From positions 752 to 64,751 of the forward strand of contig JAWODD010000008.1 in NCBI GenBank assembly GCA_046483445.1: a stretch of DNA of 64,000 nt, written 5' to 3'. The translations under genes and the position numbers were made by a program. The notes beneath the pieces are model-generated. The model saw only the letters and a program-made list of their open reading frames with translations, was not told the origin of the DNA and searched no databases. Positions 37,181 to 46,572 of the stretch are shown here, piece by piece (position 1 is the first letter of the stretch; each line of letters starts with the position of its first letter). The DNA comes from Bacillota bacterium. Lineage in GTDB: Bacteria > Bacillota > Dethiobacteria > DTU022.

Positions 37181-38173
37181 CTATTCTTGCTTGTTTTCTT
37201 GCTGTTCTTGTGGGCCGACCTCGCTTATACTCTGGCGCATGTCTGTATCGGCCATAACATTTTTCATCTGGTAGTAATCCATCACGCCTAACTTGCCTTC
37301 TCGTAGTGCCTGGGAGAGGGCTTTGGGTACTTCTGCTTCTGCTTCAACAACCTTGGCCTTCATTTCCCGGACAGATGCTTGCATCTCTTGTTCCCTGGCT
37401 ACGGCCATAGCCCTTCTTTCTTCAGCCTTGGCTTGGGCTATGCGTTTGTCGGCTTCGGCCTGGTCCGTCTGGAGCTGGGCCCCGATATTTTTACCCACAT
37501 CCACATCAGCAACATCAATAGAAAGGATTTCAAAGGCCGTGCCTGAATCCAACCCTTTCTCAAGGATGGTCCGTGATATATCATCTGGATTTTCCAGCAC
37601 TTTTTTATGGTTCATGGCAGAACCGATGGTGGAAACCATCCCTTCGCCTACACGGGCGATAACAGTTTCTTCTCCTGCTCCCCCAACCAGGCGATCAATA
37701 TTGGCCCTTACCGTTACCCGGGCCCTGGCTTTGACTTCAATGCCGTCGCTGGCTACAGCAGCGACAACGGGTGTTTCAATTACCTTAGGATTTACGCTCA
37801 TCTGAACCGCCTTTAAGACATCCCGTCCGGCCAGGTCGATGGCAGCACTTCTTTCGAAACCCAATTCGATATTTGCCCGTTGGGCAGCGATTAGGGCATC
37901 AACCACCTTGTTTACGTTTCCCCCTGCGAGGTAATGCCCTTCCAGCTTGTTAACGTCGAGATCTATACCCGCTTTGGTTGCCTTGATTAAAGGCTCCACT
38001 ACTTTGGCAGGAACAACCCGGCGCAATCTCATCCCAATAAGGGTAACTATCCTTAAACGCACTCCAGCTGAAATGGCAGCAATCCATAACCTTAAAGGAA
38101 TGAAACTGAACACCACGGAAAAAACGATTACAACAATAACCAATATCACTAAAATAGGTAAAAGTTCTTCCAC
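37181..38173 (-). CDS. floA: flotillin-like protein FloA (YqfA/UPF0365)
   Basis: [26 protein letters not shown] and [18 protein letters not shown] are characteristic. Confidence 0.9.
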   Translation of the reverse strand: MEELLPILVILVIVVIVFSVVFSFIPLRLWIAAISAGVRLRIVTLIGMRLRRVVPAKVVEPLIKATKAGIDLDVNKLEGHYLAGGNVNKVVDALIAAQRANIELGFERSAAIDLAGRDVLKAVQMSVNPKVIETPVVAAVASDGIEVKARARVTVRANIDRLVGGAGEETVIARVGEGMVSTIGSAMNHKKVLENPDDISRTILEKGLDSGTAFEILSIDVADVDVGKNIGAQLQTDQAEADKRIAQAKAEERRAMAVAREQEMQASVREMKAKVVEAEAEVPKALSQALREGKLGVMDYYQMKNVMADTDMRQSISEVGPQEQQENKQE

Positions 38174-38201
38174 AATAATTCTCCTCTCTCACTGTTAAAT
38201 T

Positions 38202-39503
38202 TTATTTTGTTTTACGGATCAGTATCCTACTTCCTTCTACCTTAATAACTTCTACATATTCATCAGCATTAATATAGCCTCCTTCACTGACCGTGTCGTA
38301 CCTTTTCCCTTCTATCTCTACTATTCCGGATGGATGCATGGGGGTAATGGTTCGCCCTTTTTTCCCCAAGAGGTGGCTGTGATCTTCGGATGAACTGTAC
38401 CCCGCCTCCCTGGTAGCTGAATCTGAAAGTATGAAACTTTTTAGAGTTCCCTTACGCTGAAAATATTTGAAAGCACCGTACCCCGCAGCACAGGCAATAA
38501 CAAAGGAGATGAAAAGCATATACAATCCTAAGGTCGTCGAGGCCGCAGCCAGAACAATGGCAATAAATACCGCAATCAAGCCGCCGATACCAAAAATACC
38601 AAAACCGGGTACAAAAGCTTCCACCAAGAGAAAAATAATGCCTAAAGCAAAGAGAAAGATCGCTTGCCATCCACTTACCCCAGTAAAGAAGTGCCCCCCA
38701 AAATAAAGGCCGAAGGACAGTAAACTTAAGAACCCCCCAACGCCAAAACCGGCAGTTAGGATTTCAACTATCATAAAGAAAAAGCCCATCATTAAAAGAA
38801 GGGTGGCCACAACAGGATTAATGAGCCATCCGCTCAAATCTTCCCACAAGGTAGGTGAGGTGTAAGTGAGCTCTGCGTCCGATAACCCCACAGCTTCCAA
38901 CAATTCGTCTATAGAAACAGCAGTACCGTTGCTAAACTCCAGGTTTTCAGCTTCACTGGTGGTAAGCGTTAAAAGCTCCCCTTTTTCAACCACGCCTTCT
39001 ACGCTCATTTCCTTACGCACCATTGCTCCTGCTATGCGAGGATCTTTTCCCTGCTTTTCAGCAGCGCTCTCCATTTCTGTTTCCCAAACAGAGATGAATT
39101 TCTCACTTACTTCACCGCCTCCCATGACAACCGGTTCAGCAGCCCCAATTGTGGATCCGGGTGCCATATAAAAACCGTCTGCGGCAAGCGCTAAGTAGGC
39201 GCCGGCAGAAAGGGCACTTGTATTGACATGCACATAAACTGGCGCAGCAAAGGCCTCCAAAAGTGTTTTGGCTTCTCTGGTAGTGTCAATAAAACCTCCC
39301 GGAGTATCCATATCAAGGATTACCGCCTGGGCATCAGCCTCCTCAGCTTCCTCCAGAGAGCGCTCCAGTAAAAGCAGCCACCCGGGCTCTATTTGCTCTT
39401 TTACGGGAATAACATATACAGAAGAAGAGGTTGCTTGAAAAGCCAATGATCCATATAATAGTGATGAAAGAAGGATGAGAATGATGGAAAGTTTTTTATA
39501 CAT
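38202..39503 (-). CDS. yqeZ: NfeD family membrane protease (YqeZ-like, ClpP-class N-domain plus OB-fold C-domain)
   Basis: Signal peptide, ClpP-like region (DTPGG...SAGAYLALA), four TM segments and a C-terminal NfeD OB domain. Confidence 0.85.
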   Translation of the reverse strand: MYKKLSIILILLSSLLYGSLAFQATSSSVYVIPVKEQIEPGWLLLLERSLEEAEEADAQAVILDMDTPGGFIDTTREAKTLLEAFAAPVYVHVNTSALSAGAYLALAADGFYMAPGSTIGAAEPVVMGGGEVSEKFISVWETEMESAAEKQGKDPRIAGAMVRKEMSVEGVVEKGELLTLTTSEAENLEFSNGTAVSIDELLEAVGLSDAELTYTSPTLWEDLSGWLINPVVATLLLMMGFFFMIVEILTAGFGVGGFLSLLSFGLYFGGHFFTGVSGWQAIFLFALGIIFLLVEAFVPGFGIFGIGGLIAVFIAIVLAAASTTLGLYMLFISFVIACAAGYGAFKYFQRKGTLKSFILSDSATREAGYSSSEDHSHLLGKKGRTITPMHPSGIVEIEGKRYDTVSEGGYINADEYVEVIKVEGSRILIRKTK

Positions 39504-40022
39504 TTTTTTACAAAGGTACCTCCTGTTTATTAAAAGCGAATCTTTCCCGGCAAAACATCCATATCCTACAGGTACAGGGGGGTCATCGCTTCCTAAACTT
39601 TAACTTATTATAGCTTTGATAGTGCTGAGAGATATATAAGCACTTTTCTCAAATATCTAATATCACTAATACTTGAAATTTTATATCTTTTTCTTTCGAC
39701 TGTTATAAGCCGGGATAGAATGAAGCAAAACTGTGGATGTAGCAGTAGCCCAAATATACAAAACCAGACACCCAAACCTGGCTTTTACGCTTACACCTAT
39801 CTTATTCATCGGCAGGAGATATAAAAACATTGCCGAAATTAAATATAATTTGATACTGGTTTACTTATATTTTTGTCTTGTTAGAGTTAGAGGGATTTTA
39901 GGTCGGAATGTTTCTGCCAAGAGAAAATTTTATTTTACCTAACCTGATTCTAGAATGGACCTGCTTTTAAAGGTCCGGGCAATCATTCTTGGCTGGTAAA
40001 AACGGGAAATGGAGAGGTAATT

Positions 40023-42761
40023 ATGACTAAAAAGAAAAAGGCAGATCCGCAAACAGAGATTTGTTCGAGCAATAAGCCCCACAACCCCCCTGCAGTAGAG
40101 GTGCGAAAGAGAGGTTTTCCCATTATCGGCATTGGTGCTTCTGCCGGTGGTTTAGAAGCTTTGGAACTTTTCCTGAAGAATATTCCAGAAGATAGCGGAA
40201 TGGCCTTTGTTATTGTCCAACATCTGGATCCCACACGAAAAGATCTGATGGTGGAGCTGCTTCAGCGGGTTACCTCCTTACAGGTTATACAGGTTACGGA
40301 ACCCACCGTGGTTCAACCCAATTGTGTGTATATAATCCCGCCAAACAAAGATATGTCGATCTTCCATGGTACATTACATCTTTTTGAACCAGCAGAGCCT
40401 CGCGGGCTACGTTTGCCTGTTGATTTTTTCTTCCGTTCCCTGGCGGATGACCAACAGGAACAAAGTATTGGTGTCATCCTCACGGGCATGGGCACTGACG
40501 GAACCCTGGGTCTTGGCGCTATCAAGGAAAGGGGAGGGGTTGGTTTTGTCCAGGAACCGGCTTCGGCAAAATTCGACAGCATGCCCCAAAGTGCAGTTGA
40601 GGCTGGCCTGGCCGATGTTATCGCTCCAGTGGAGGAGCTGCCGGTAAAAATCTTTTCATATCTCTATTATAAACCTTCCTTCGACGACTCCGAACCGGCT
40701 CTTACAGATAAGGATCAGAGTTCTCTTGAAAAAATTATGATCCTGCTGCGGTCTAAGACAGGTCATGACTTTTCCCTTTACAAAAAAACCACTGTTTACC
40801 GCCGCCTGGAGCGCCGTATGGGTATCCATCAGATAGACAGTATAGCCACATACATCCGTTTTCTTCAGGAAAATCCCCAGGAGGTTGAGCTGTTATATAA
40901 AGAGCTTTTAATCGGGGTTACTAATTTTTTCCGTGACCCGGAAGTGTGGGAACAGCTGAAAAAGGCCATCGCAGAGCAACTGACCGGCTGCGTAAACCAG
41001 ACACTGCGAGCCTGGGTGCCGGGTTGCGCAACAGGCGAGGAGGCATATACTTTAGCCATCGTCTTTAAGGAAATGGTGGAAGAGTTAAAACCCGCCCAGG
41101 ATTTAACTCTTCAGATATTTGCTACCGATTTAAACCGGGAAGCGATTAACAAGGCTCGTGAAGCCGTTTATCCGGCTAACATCGCTGCGGATGTTTCGCC
41201 GGAGCGGTTAAGACGGTTTTTTAACCAGGTGGAAAATGGCTTCCAGGTTGCTAAACCCGTACGGGAGATGGTGGTTTTTGCCCAACAAAATATGATTATG
41301 GATCCGCCTTTTACCAGGCTGGATATCCTGAGCTGCCGCAACCTGCTAATTTACATGACTCCGGAGCTACAGGGGAAAATTATACCCCTTTTACACTATA
41401 GTTTAAAGCCGGACGGTTTTTTATTATTAGGAAGTGCTGAATCTATCGGTAGTTTCACAAACCTTTTTGAACCTTTCAAGGGTGAATTCCACCTCTACCG
41501 GCGGCTTGAGCCTGCAGTGCAGTCAGAACCGGTTGAATTTCCAACTTCCCATGCTCCAAAACTTCCTCCGCCGTCTTTTAAGCGGGAGGTAAATTTACAA
41601 TCACTGGCGGATCAACTGATATTAAAGCGTTATGCACCCGCGTCTATACTGGTCAACAACAAAGGTGATATCCTCTATACTAGCGGACGGACAGGCAAGT
41701 ATCTCGAACCGGCGGCTGGTAAGGCCAACTGGAATATCTTTGCCATGATCCGTGAAGGTCTTAGCTATACCCTGAATAACGCTTTTCAGAATGCAGTTCG
41801 GGAAAATGAAGTAGTTACCGTCAAAAACGCAGTTGTGAAGATCAATGGAGAGAAACAAACAGTAAATATCATTGTCCAGCCGCTTGAAGAGCCGGAACCG
41901 TTGCGCAGGATGGTGCTGATCGTCTTTACAGAAGTAACTATGCCTCATGAAGACAAGGCGAGGGATAAAACGGGGCACAAAGAAGATGTCAACAATGATC
42001 GGGTGTCCGAACTAGAAGCAGAACTCCGGCAAGCCTACCGGGAGATTAAACATGTTCGCGAAGAGAATCAAGCATCACAGGAAAAACTCAGCGCTGCCAA
42101 TGAAGAGCTGCAGTCAACCAATGAAGAGCTGCAGTCAACCAATGAAGAACTGACCACTTCCAAGGAAGAGCTGCAATCGTTAAATGAGGAGTTGCAGACG
42201 ATCAACCACGAACTGCAAACTAAAGTAGACGAGCTGTACCAGATAAATAACGACATGAAGAATTTGCTCGAAAGCACCGAAATCGCTACTTTATTTCTGG
42301 ATAATTTGCTTCATGTGCGGCGATTTACAGCTAAGACAACTGAGATCATCAAGCTTATACCAGGTGATGTGGGACGATTAATTACTGATATTGCCTCCGA
42401 CTTAGATTACCCGGAACTGGCAGAAGATGCCCGGGAAGTGCTGCGCAAACTGACATTCAAGGAAAAATCGGTTTCCGCTACCGGTGGGCGCTGGTTTACG
42501 GTGAAAATTATGCCCTACCGCACACTTGAAGACAAAATTGACGGTTTGGTGATTACATTTATTGACATAACTGCTTCCAAAATGCTGGAAGATGACTTGA
42601 AGCAAGCCCAGGCAGAATTGGAAAAACGCATAGTGAAAAAAGATCAGGATTTGAACAAAGTTGAAAAGAGATTGCAGTCTGAGAAACACCGGGATAAAAA
42701 AAGAAAGGACCCCGACATAACTCAAAGCCCTGATGAAAAGGGGAGGGATCGGCATGAGTAG
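40023..42761 (+). CDS. CheB methylesterase - CheR methyltransferase - coiled coil - PAS fusion protein
   Basis: IVGIGASAGGLEAL...VIVQHLDP (CheB-type). RAWVPGCATGEEAYTLA (CheR SAM-binding). NEELQSTNEEL heptads, then a PAS-like C-terminus. Confidence 0.85.
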   Translation: MTKKKKADPQTEICSSNKPHNPPAVEVRKRGFPIIGIGASAGGLEALELFLKNIPEDSGMAFVIVQHLDPTRKDLMVELLQRVTSLQVIQVTEPTVVQPNCVYIIPPNKDMSIFHGTLHLFEPAEPRGLRLPVDFFFRSLADDQQEQSIGVILTGMGTDGTLGLGAIKERGGVGFVQEPASAKFDSMPQSAVEAGLADVIAPVEELPVKIFSYLYYKPSFDDSEPALTDKDQSSLEKIMILLRSKTGHDFSLYKKTTVYRRLERRMGIHQIDSIATYIRFLQENPQEVELLYKELLIGVTNFFRDPEVWEQLKKAIAEQLTGCVNQTLRAWVPGCATGEEAYTLAIVFKEMVEELKPAQDLTLQIFATDLNREAINKAREAVYPANIAADVSPERLRRFFNQVENGFQVAKPVREMVVFAQQNMIMDPPFTRLDILSCRNLLIYMTPELQGKIIPLLHYSLKPDGFLLLGSAESIGSFTNLFEPFKGEFHLYRRLEPAVQSEPVEFPTSHAPKLPPPSFKREVNLQSLADQLILKRYAPASILVNNKGDILYTSGRTGKYLEPAAGKANWNIFAMIREGLSYTLNNAFQNAVRENEVVTVKNAVVKINGEKQTVNIIVQPLEEPEPLRRMVLIVFTEVTMPHEDKARDKTGHKEDVNNDRVSELEAELRQAYREIKHVREENQASQEKLSAANEELQSTNEELQSTNEELTTSKEELQSLNEELQTINHELQTKVDELYQINNDMKNLLESTEIATLFLDNLLHVRRFTAKTTEIIKLIPGDVGRLITDIASDLDYPELAEDAREVLRKLTFKEKSVSATGGRWFTVKIMPYRTLEDKIDGLVITFIDITASKMLEDDLKQAQAELEKRIVKKDQDLNKVEKRLQSEKHRDKKRKDPDITQSPDEKGRDRHE
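42099..42224 (+). repeat. six tandem 21-bp units (two identical, four degenerate) encoding NEELQST-type heptads
   Basis: aatgaagagctgcagtcaacc occurs at 42099-42119 and 42120-42140, followed by diverged in-phase copies. Confidence 0.9.
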
Positions 42762-43899
42762 ATACATGTCTGAGGAAGAGTTGCGCCGCCAGGCAGAGAA
42801 GCAGTTACGAAGAGGCAAGCAAAAACAAACAGCTCCTGTAACACCGGAAGAATTACAGCGGCTTGTACAGGAACTTGAGGTACACCAGATAGAGTTGCAG
42901 ATGCAAAATGAGGAGTTAGAAAAGGCACGCTTGGAGCTGGAAAGTTACCTGCAACAATATACCGATCTATATGACTTTGCCCCTGTCGGTTATCTTACCC
43001 TGGATCAAAACGGCGTAATCCTGGGTGTTAATCTGACCGGAGCGCGCATGTTGGGGATTGATCGCGGCCAGCTTTTGAATCTTCATTTTGAAAAATTTAT
43101 TCTAGTTGAATACCGGTCCTCTTTTTTATCCTTTCTGGAAAAAGCATTTTTTAGCCGAGCCCATGAAACCACTGAGATTGCCCTGCAAAAGGAGGGTAAC
43201 GAAGGACTATTTGTGCACCTTGAAGCGCTTGCTTCAACAAACGAGGGGGAATGCCGCGTTGCCCTGGTGGATATTTCGGCCCAAAAAAAAGCAGAAATAA
43301 AACTGCGAGAAAGTGAACATCAATATCGGACTTTATTTGAAACCATGTCACAAGGGATTGTGTATCAGGATTCGGACAGTAAAATTTTAGCGGCTAATCC
43401 CGCCGCCGAAAAGATTCTTGGCATGCCGATCAAGCAAATGCTGGGGGAAAAACCAAAAGACCTTCAGTGGGAAGCTATTCATGAGAATGGAACTGATTTT
43501 CCGGAAGAAATCCACCCTTCCATGGTAGCCCTGCGAACAGGAGAAGTGGTTGAAAATGTGATCATGGGATTTTACTCACCCCAGAACGGTAAATACAGCT
43601 GGCTCAGTGTAACCGCGGTGCCGCAGTTCAGGCCCGGAGAAGATAGACCATTTCAGGTATTTGTAACTTTCGAGGATATCACCCCCCTGAAACTTATGGA
43701 GAACTTTAACGAGCTTACTCCCCGAGAAAAAGAAGTATTCAAACTGCTTGTTAAGAGTTACGACCGCAAAACAATAGCAGAAAAATTAAAAGTTAGTCCT
43801 AAAACTGTAGACAAGCACAAAGAAAACTTGATGGAAAAGTTAAAACTATATAATCAACACGATCTTGTTGAGTTTGCAAAGCGGCTTAACCTGCTTTAA
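42754..43899 (+). CDS. coiled coil - PAS - PAS - LuxR-type HTH transcriptional regulator
   Basis: C-terminal LTPREKEVFKLLVKSYDRKTIAEKLKVSPKTVDKHKENLMEKL. ATG 42754 lies 6 nt after GGGGAGGG and overlaps the upstream stop by 8 nt. Confidence 0.8.
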   Translation: MSRYMSEEELRRQAEKQLRRGKQKQTAPVTPEELQRLVQELEVHQIELQMQNEELEKARLELESYLQQYTDLYDFAPVGYLTLDQNGVILGVNLTGARMLGIDRGQLLNLHFEKFILVEYRSSFLSFLEKAFFSRAHETTEIALQKEGNEGLFVHLEALASTNEGECRVALVDISAQKKAEIKLRESEHQYRTLFETMSQGIVYQDSDSKILAANPAAEKILGMPIKQMLGEKPKDLQWEAIHENGTDFPEEIHPSMVALRTGEVVENVIMGFYSPQNGKYSWLSVTAVPQFRPGEDRPFQVFVTFEDITPLKLMENFNELTPREKEVFKLLVKSYDRKTIAEKLKVSPKTVDKHKENLMEKLKLYNQHDLVEFAKRLNLL

Positions 43900-43936
43900 A
43901 CTTGACATTCCTATCTTAAGATAACCGGTATACTTT

Positions 43937-43968
43937 AAAAAGCCCTGTAGATTATGGGGCTTTTTCTA
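43937..43968 (+). terminator. Rho-independent terminator
   Basis: AAAGCCC-11 nt-GGGCTTT followed by TTT. Confidence 0.7.
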
Positions 43969-44133
43969 TTAAGTGCCAAAAAATCAGTAAAAAAGCTCAA
44001 AATGGTATTAATGCTAATAGATTTCTGCGCACTATAGGCCATATAATAAATAACATAAAAGCAAGATTTTGATTTTTTAAGCAATGGAATTAACCCGCTT
44101 ATAAAGGTTAAATCAGGGGAGGAGCATTTTATC

Positions 44134-45912
44134 ATGAAGAAGATTGTTTTAATTGAACCGCAGTCCAGGGAAGATCATGTTTATAAGCATGTCCGTATGC
44201 CTCGCCTGGGGCTGCCCATCCTGGGGACTCAATTAAAGGAGGCAGGTTACGAAACAAGTTTTCACCTTGGGACAGGAGATTCGCTTCCGTGGCGTAAAAT
44301 ATTTGATGCTGACCTTGTCGGCATATCTACTACTACAGCAACATGTCGTGAAGCTTACCAGGTTGCCGGCTTGCTGAGGGCCCAAAACATTCCCGTAGTG
44401 ATCGGTGGAATTCATGCCTCCTTTATGCCGGAGGAGGCCATGCAGTTTGCTGACTACCTTGTAAGGGGTGAAGCAGAATTAAGCTTCTTGCCCCTTGTTC
44501 AATCAATTGAAGCCGGAGAGTTGCCCCTCAACATCCCCGGAGTATCATATTGGAACAATGGGGAAATAGTTCACAACGACGGCCTTGAATCTAGGATCGA
44601 CATGGATACGCTACCTGTACCCGATCTTACTTTGCTTGATCGCTTCTCATCAATGAGAAATATTCCGGTGATGACTTCCCGGGGATGTCCTTTTAACTGC
44701 TCATTTTGCTGTGTAACAGAGATGTTTGGGCGGCGATATCGCCATCGTTGTACAGAAAGTGTTCTTGAGGAACTGATGTGCTTCCAGGGGAAAAACATCT
44801 TTTTCTGTGATGATAATTTTACCGCTGACCCTAAAAGCACAAAAGCGCTTTTAAGGGAAATGATTGATCGAGGCATCAAACTCAAGCGTTGGGGCGCACA
44901 GGTTCGGGTTGATGCGGCAAATGATGACGAACTGCTTGATTTGATGCACAGATCAGGCTGCGATACTGTTTATATCGGTTTTGAGTCAATCAATCCCGCA
45001 ACACTTGAACGCTATAACAAACAGCAAAAAGTTGAAGATATTGAAGAGGCAATCAAGCGCTTCCATGATTATGGGATCAGGATTCATGGTATGTTTGTTT
45101 TTGGTGCTGACACCGATACGGTTGATACAATCAGGCAGACCGTTGATTTTGCTCTCAGAGCAAAGATTGACAGTGTCCAATTTATGATCCTGACTCCTTT
45201 TCCCGGCACTCCGTATTACGATCAGATAGAGAGCGAGGAAAGAATTATGGTTAACGATTGGTCACTATATGATGGTCATCATACGGTATTTGAACCGGCG
45301 CTGATGTCTGCTGCAGAACTGCAGTCGGAAACAGTTATCGCGCTGAAAAGATTTTATTCTCCGGGGAACATTTTTAAGAATTTAGCTCTTACCGGTTGGG
45401 GCTCTGTTTTTCACCGGGCGATTGGGTGGGGTCTGACACGGCATTTTGAGCGCCGGAACCGCTGGTTTGACCAGCTATTGAAACAGCAGCAACATGCCAA
45501 TTCCCGGCCTGTTAGCCTCATGGAACGCCTTTTGAAAGCTCCTGTCAGGGAGAAGTTGCGAGCTGAATCCTTTATATCTGAACTGAAGGTTTCTCTTACC
45601 GAGCAAAGTGGAGTGTTATATCTAAAGTTGTACGGTTTTGCCGGAACTTTGCACCGAAAAGAGCTTCAAAGGGCTTTAAAAGGGGTATTGTCTCGACAAT
45701 ATAGCCAAATGATAGTTAACACCGAAGGACTTCGCTTCGCCACGGGAAAATCGGCAGCTGCTTTTGGAGCATATTTTGATAAGCTTGGGCGCAAGATGCA
45801 CCGCTTACAAATAGTGACAACAGCCGAAAGGGAGGCTCGTAACATGTTAAATTGGAAGAATGGAAACCGCTTAAAGATGCCCCACTTCGAGCTACTGCTG
45901 AAAAAACGTTGA
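44134..45912 (+). CDS. B12-binding-domain radical SAM protein with an extra ~120-aa C-terminal domain
   Basis: N-terminal cobalamin-binding-like Rossmann region (DLVGISTTT...VVIGGIH) and radical SAM CPFNCSFC. GGGGAGGAG RBS. Confidence 0.8.
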   Translation: MKKIVLIEPQSREDHVYKHVRMPRLGLPILGTQLKEAGYETSFHLGTGDSLPWRKIFDADLVGISTTTATCREAYQVAGLLRAQNIPVVIGGIHASFMPEEAMQFADYLVRGEAELSFLPLVQSIEAGELPLNIPGVSYWNNGEIVHNDGLESRIDMDTLPVPDLTLLDRFSSMRNIPVMTSRGCPFNCSFCCVTEMFGRRYRHRCTESVLEELMCFQGKNIFFCDDNFTADPKSTKALLREMIDRGIKLKRWGAQVRVDAANDDELLDLMHRSGCDTVYIGFESINPATLERYNKQQKVEDIEEAIKRFHDYGIRIHGMFVFGADTDTVDTIRQTVDFALRAKIDSVQFMILTPFPGTPYYDQIESEERIMVNDWSLYDGHHTVFEPALMSAAELQSETVIALKRFYSPGNIFKNLALTGWGSVFHRAIGWGLTRHFERRNRWFDQLLKQQQHANSRPVSLMERLLKAPVREKLRAESFISELKVSLTEQSGVLYLKLYGFAGTLHRKELQRALKGVLSRQYSQMIVNTEGLRFATGKSAAAFGAYFDKLGRKMHRLQIVTTAEREARNMLNWKNGNRLKMPHFELLLKKR

Positions 45913-45931
45913 TCCCTGATCAGCGACTGGT

Positions 45932-45968
45932 CCATTTATTTTGTTATTGTTTTTTATTATGCCAACTA
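45932..45968 (+). repeat. 37-bp exact repeat, copy A (the partner lies inside the 48925 gene)
   Basis: ccatttattttgttattgttttttattatgccaacta is identical at 48967-49003. Confidence 0.95.
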
Positions 45969-46397
45969 TCCTGTCGGGCAGTAAGATGGAGAAACGAAAA
46001 TATTTCAGGTGGAAAGATAAGCCGATACTCGGGTTTTTTGAAAATGTAAAGATAGACCCAACCTTGTTAAGAGATTTAATCAAGCAAGTATGTGTAAAAA
46101 TAACTTAGAAAGGGGGTTATCATAATAGTTTTGGAAAACCCTAAAAACATTAACCTTGATAACGTAGAGGAACACTTTGTGAAAATATATAAAAAATCAA
46201 ATTATAGAAACAATAGAAACAATGAAGAAGACATTAAAGACATTGACCTTGACAGCGATGATTCCAACATGAAAATCTTTTTAAAAGAATAGCTGGATCT
46301 GGTCGAAAAGGGATCGTTTTTTGCTTGCTGGACTTAGTTCCAGCTGACCAATCCATTAATGGAATTCTGAAGAACCTGCCCGACAACCACGTTACGA

Positions 46398-46532
46398 GCG
46401 GTTTGGGATTATTGTTGTTTGGTATATGGTTGATTGCAACGGGTTAGCTGATGTTATCCTTGCACTGCTGGCCGTAGCTGCAGGGGCACTGATCATTCTG
46501 AAGCTTTAAAGAAATGTTTACATATTCTGTTG
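46398..46532 (+). pseudogene. decayed copy of the 54-aa membrane peptide gene at 49766-49930
   Basis: About 90% identical to 49788-49953 by eye. It has a ~31-bp internal deletion, an in-frame TAG at 46445-46447 and no start/RBS. Confidence 0.7.
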
Positions 46533-46572
46533 AAAACCGGTAGGCTGCAAACATTTTTAAGCGGAGGTAATC

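Noticed and set aside
37293-37805. 170-aa plus-strand ORF and neighbours (37607..37816, 37947..38198), antisense to floA.
   Set aside because: The translation is Ala/Ser-rich and low-complexity, there is no RBS, and the floA frame on the minus strand has an unmistakable family signature.
46129-46292. Roughly 53-codon ORF (LENPKNINLDNVEEHFVKIYKKSNYRNNRNNEEDIKDIDLDSDDSNMKIFLKE*) upstream of murA.
   Set aside because: It has only a TTG start 14 nt from the nearest G-rich stretch and a low-complexity Asn/Asp/Lys composition. It lies in the decayed duplication.
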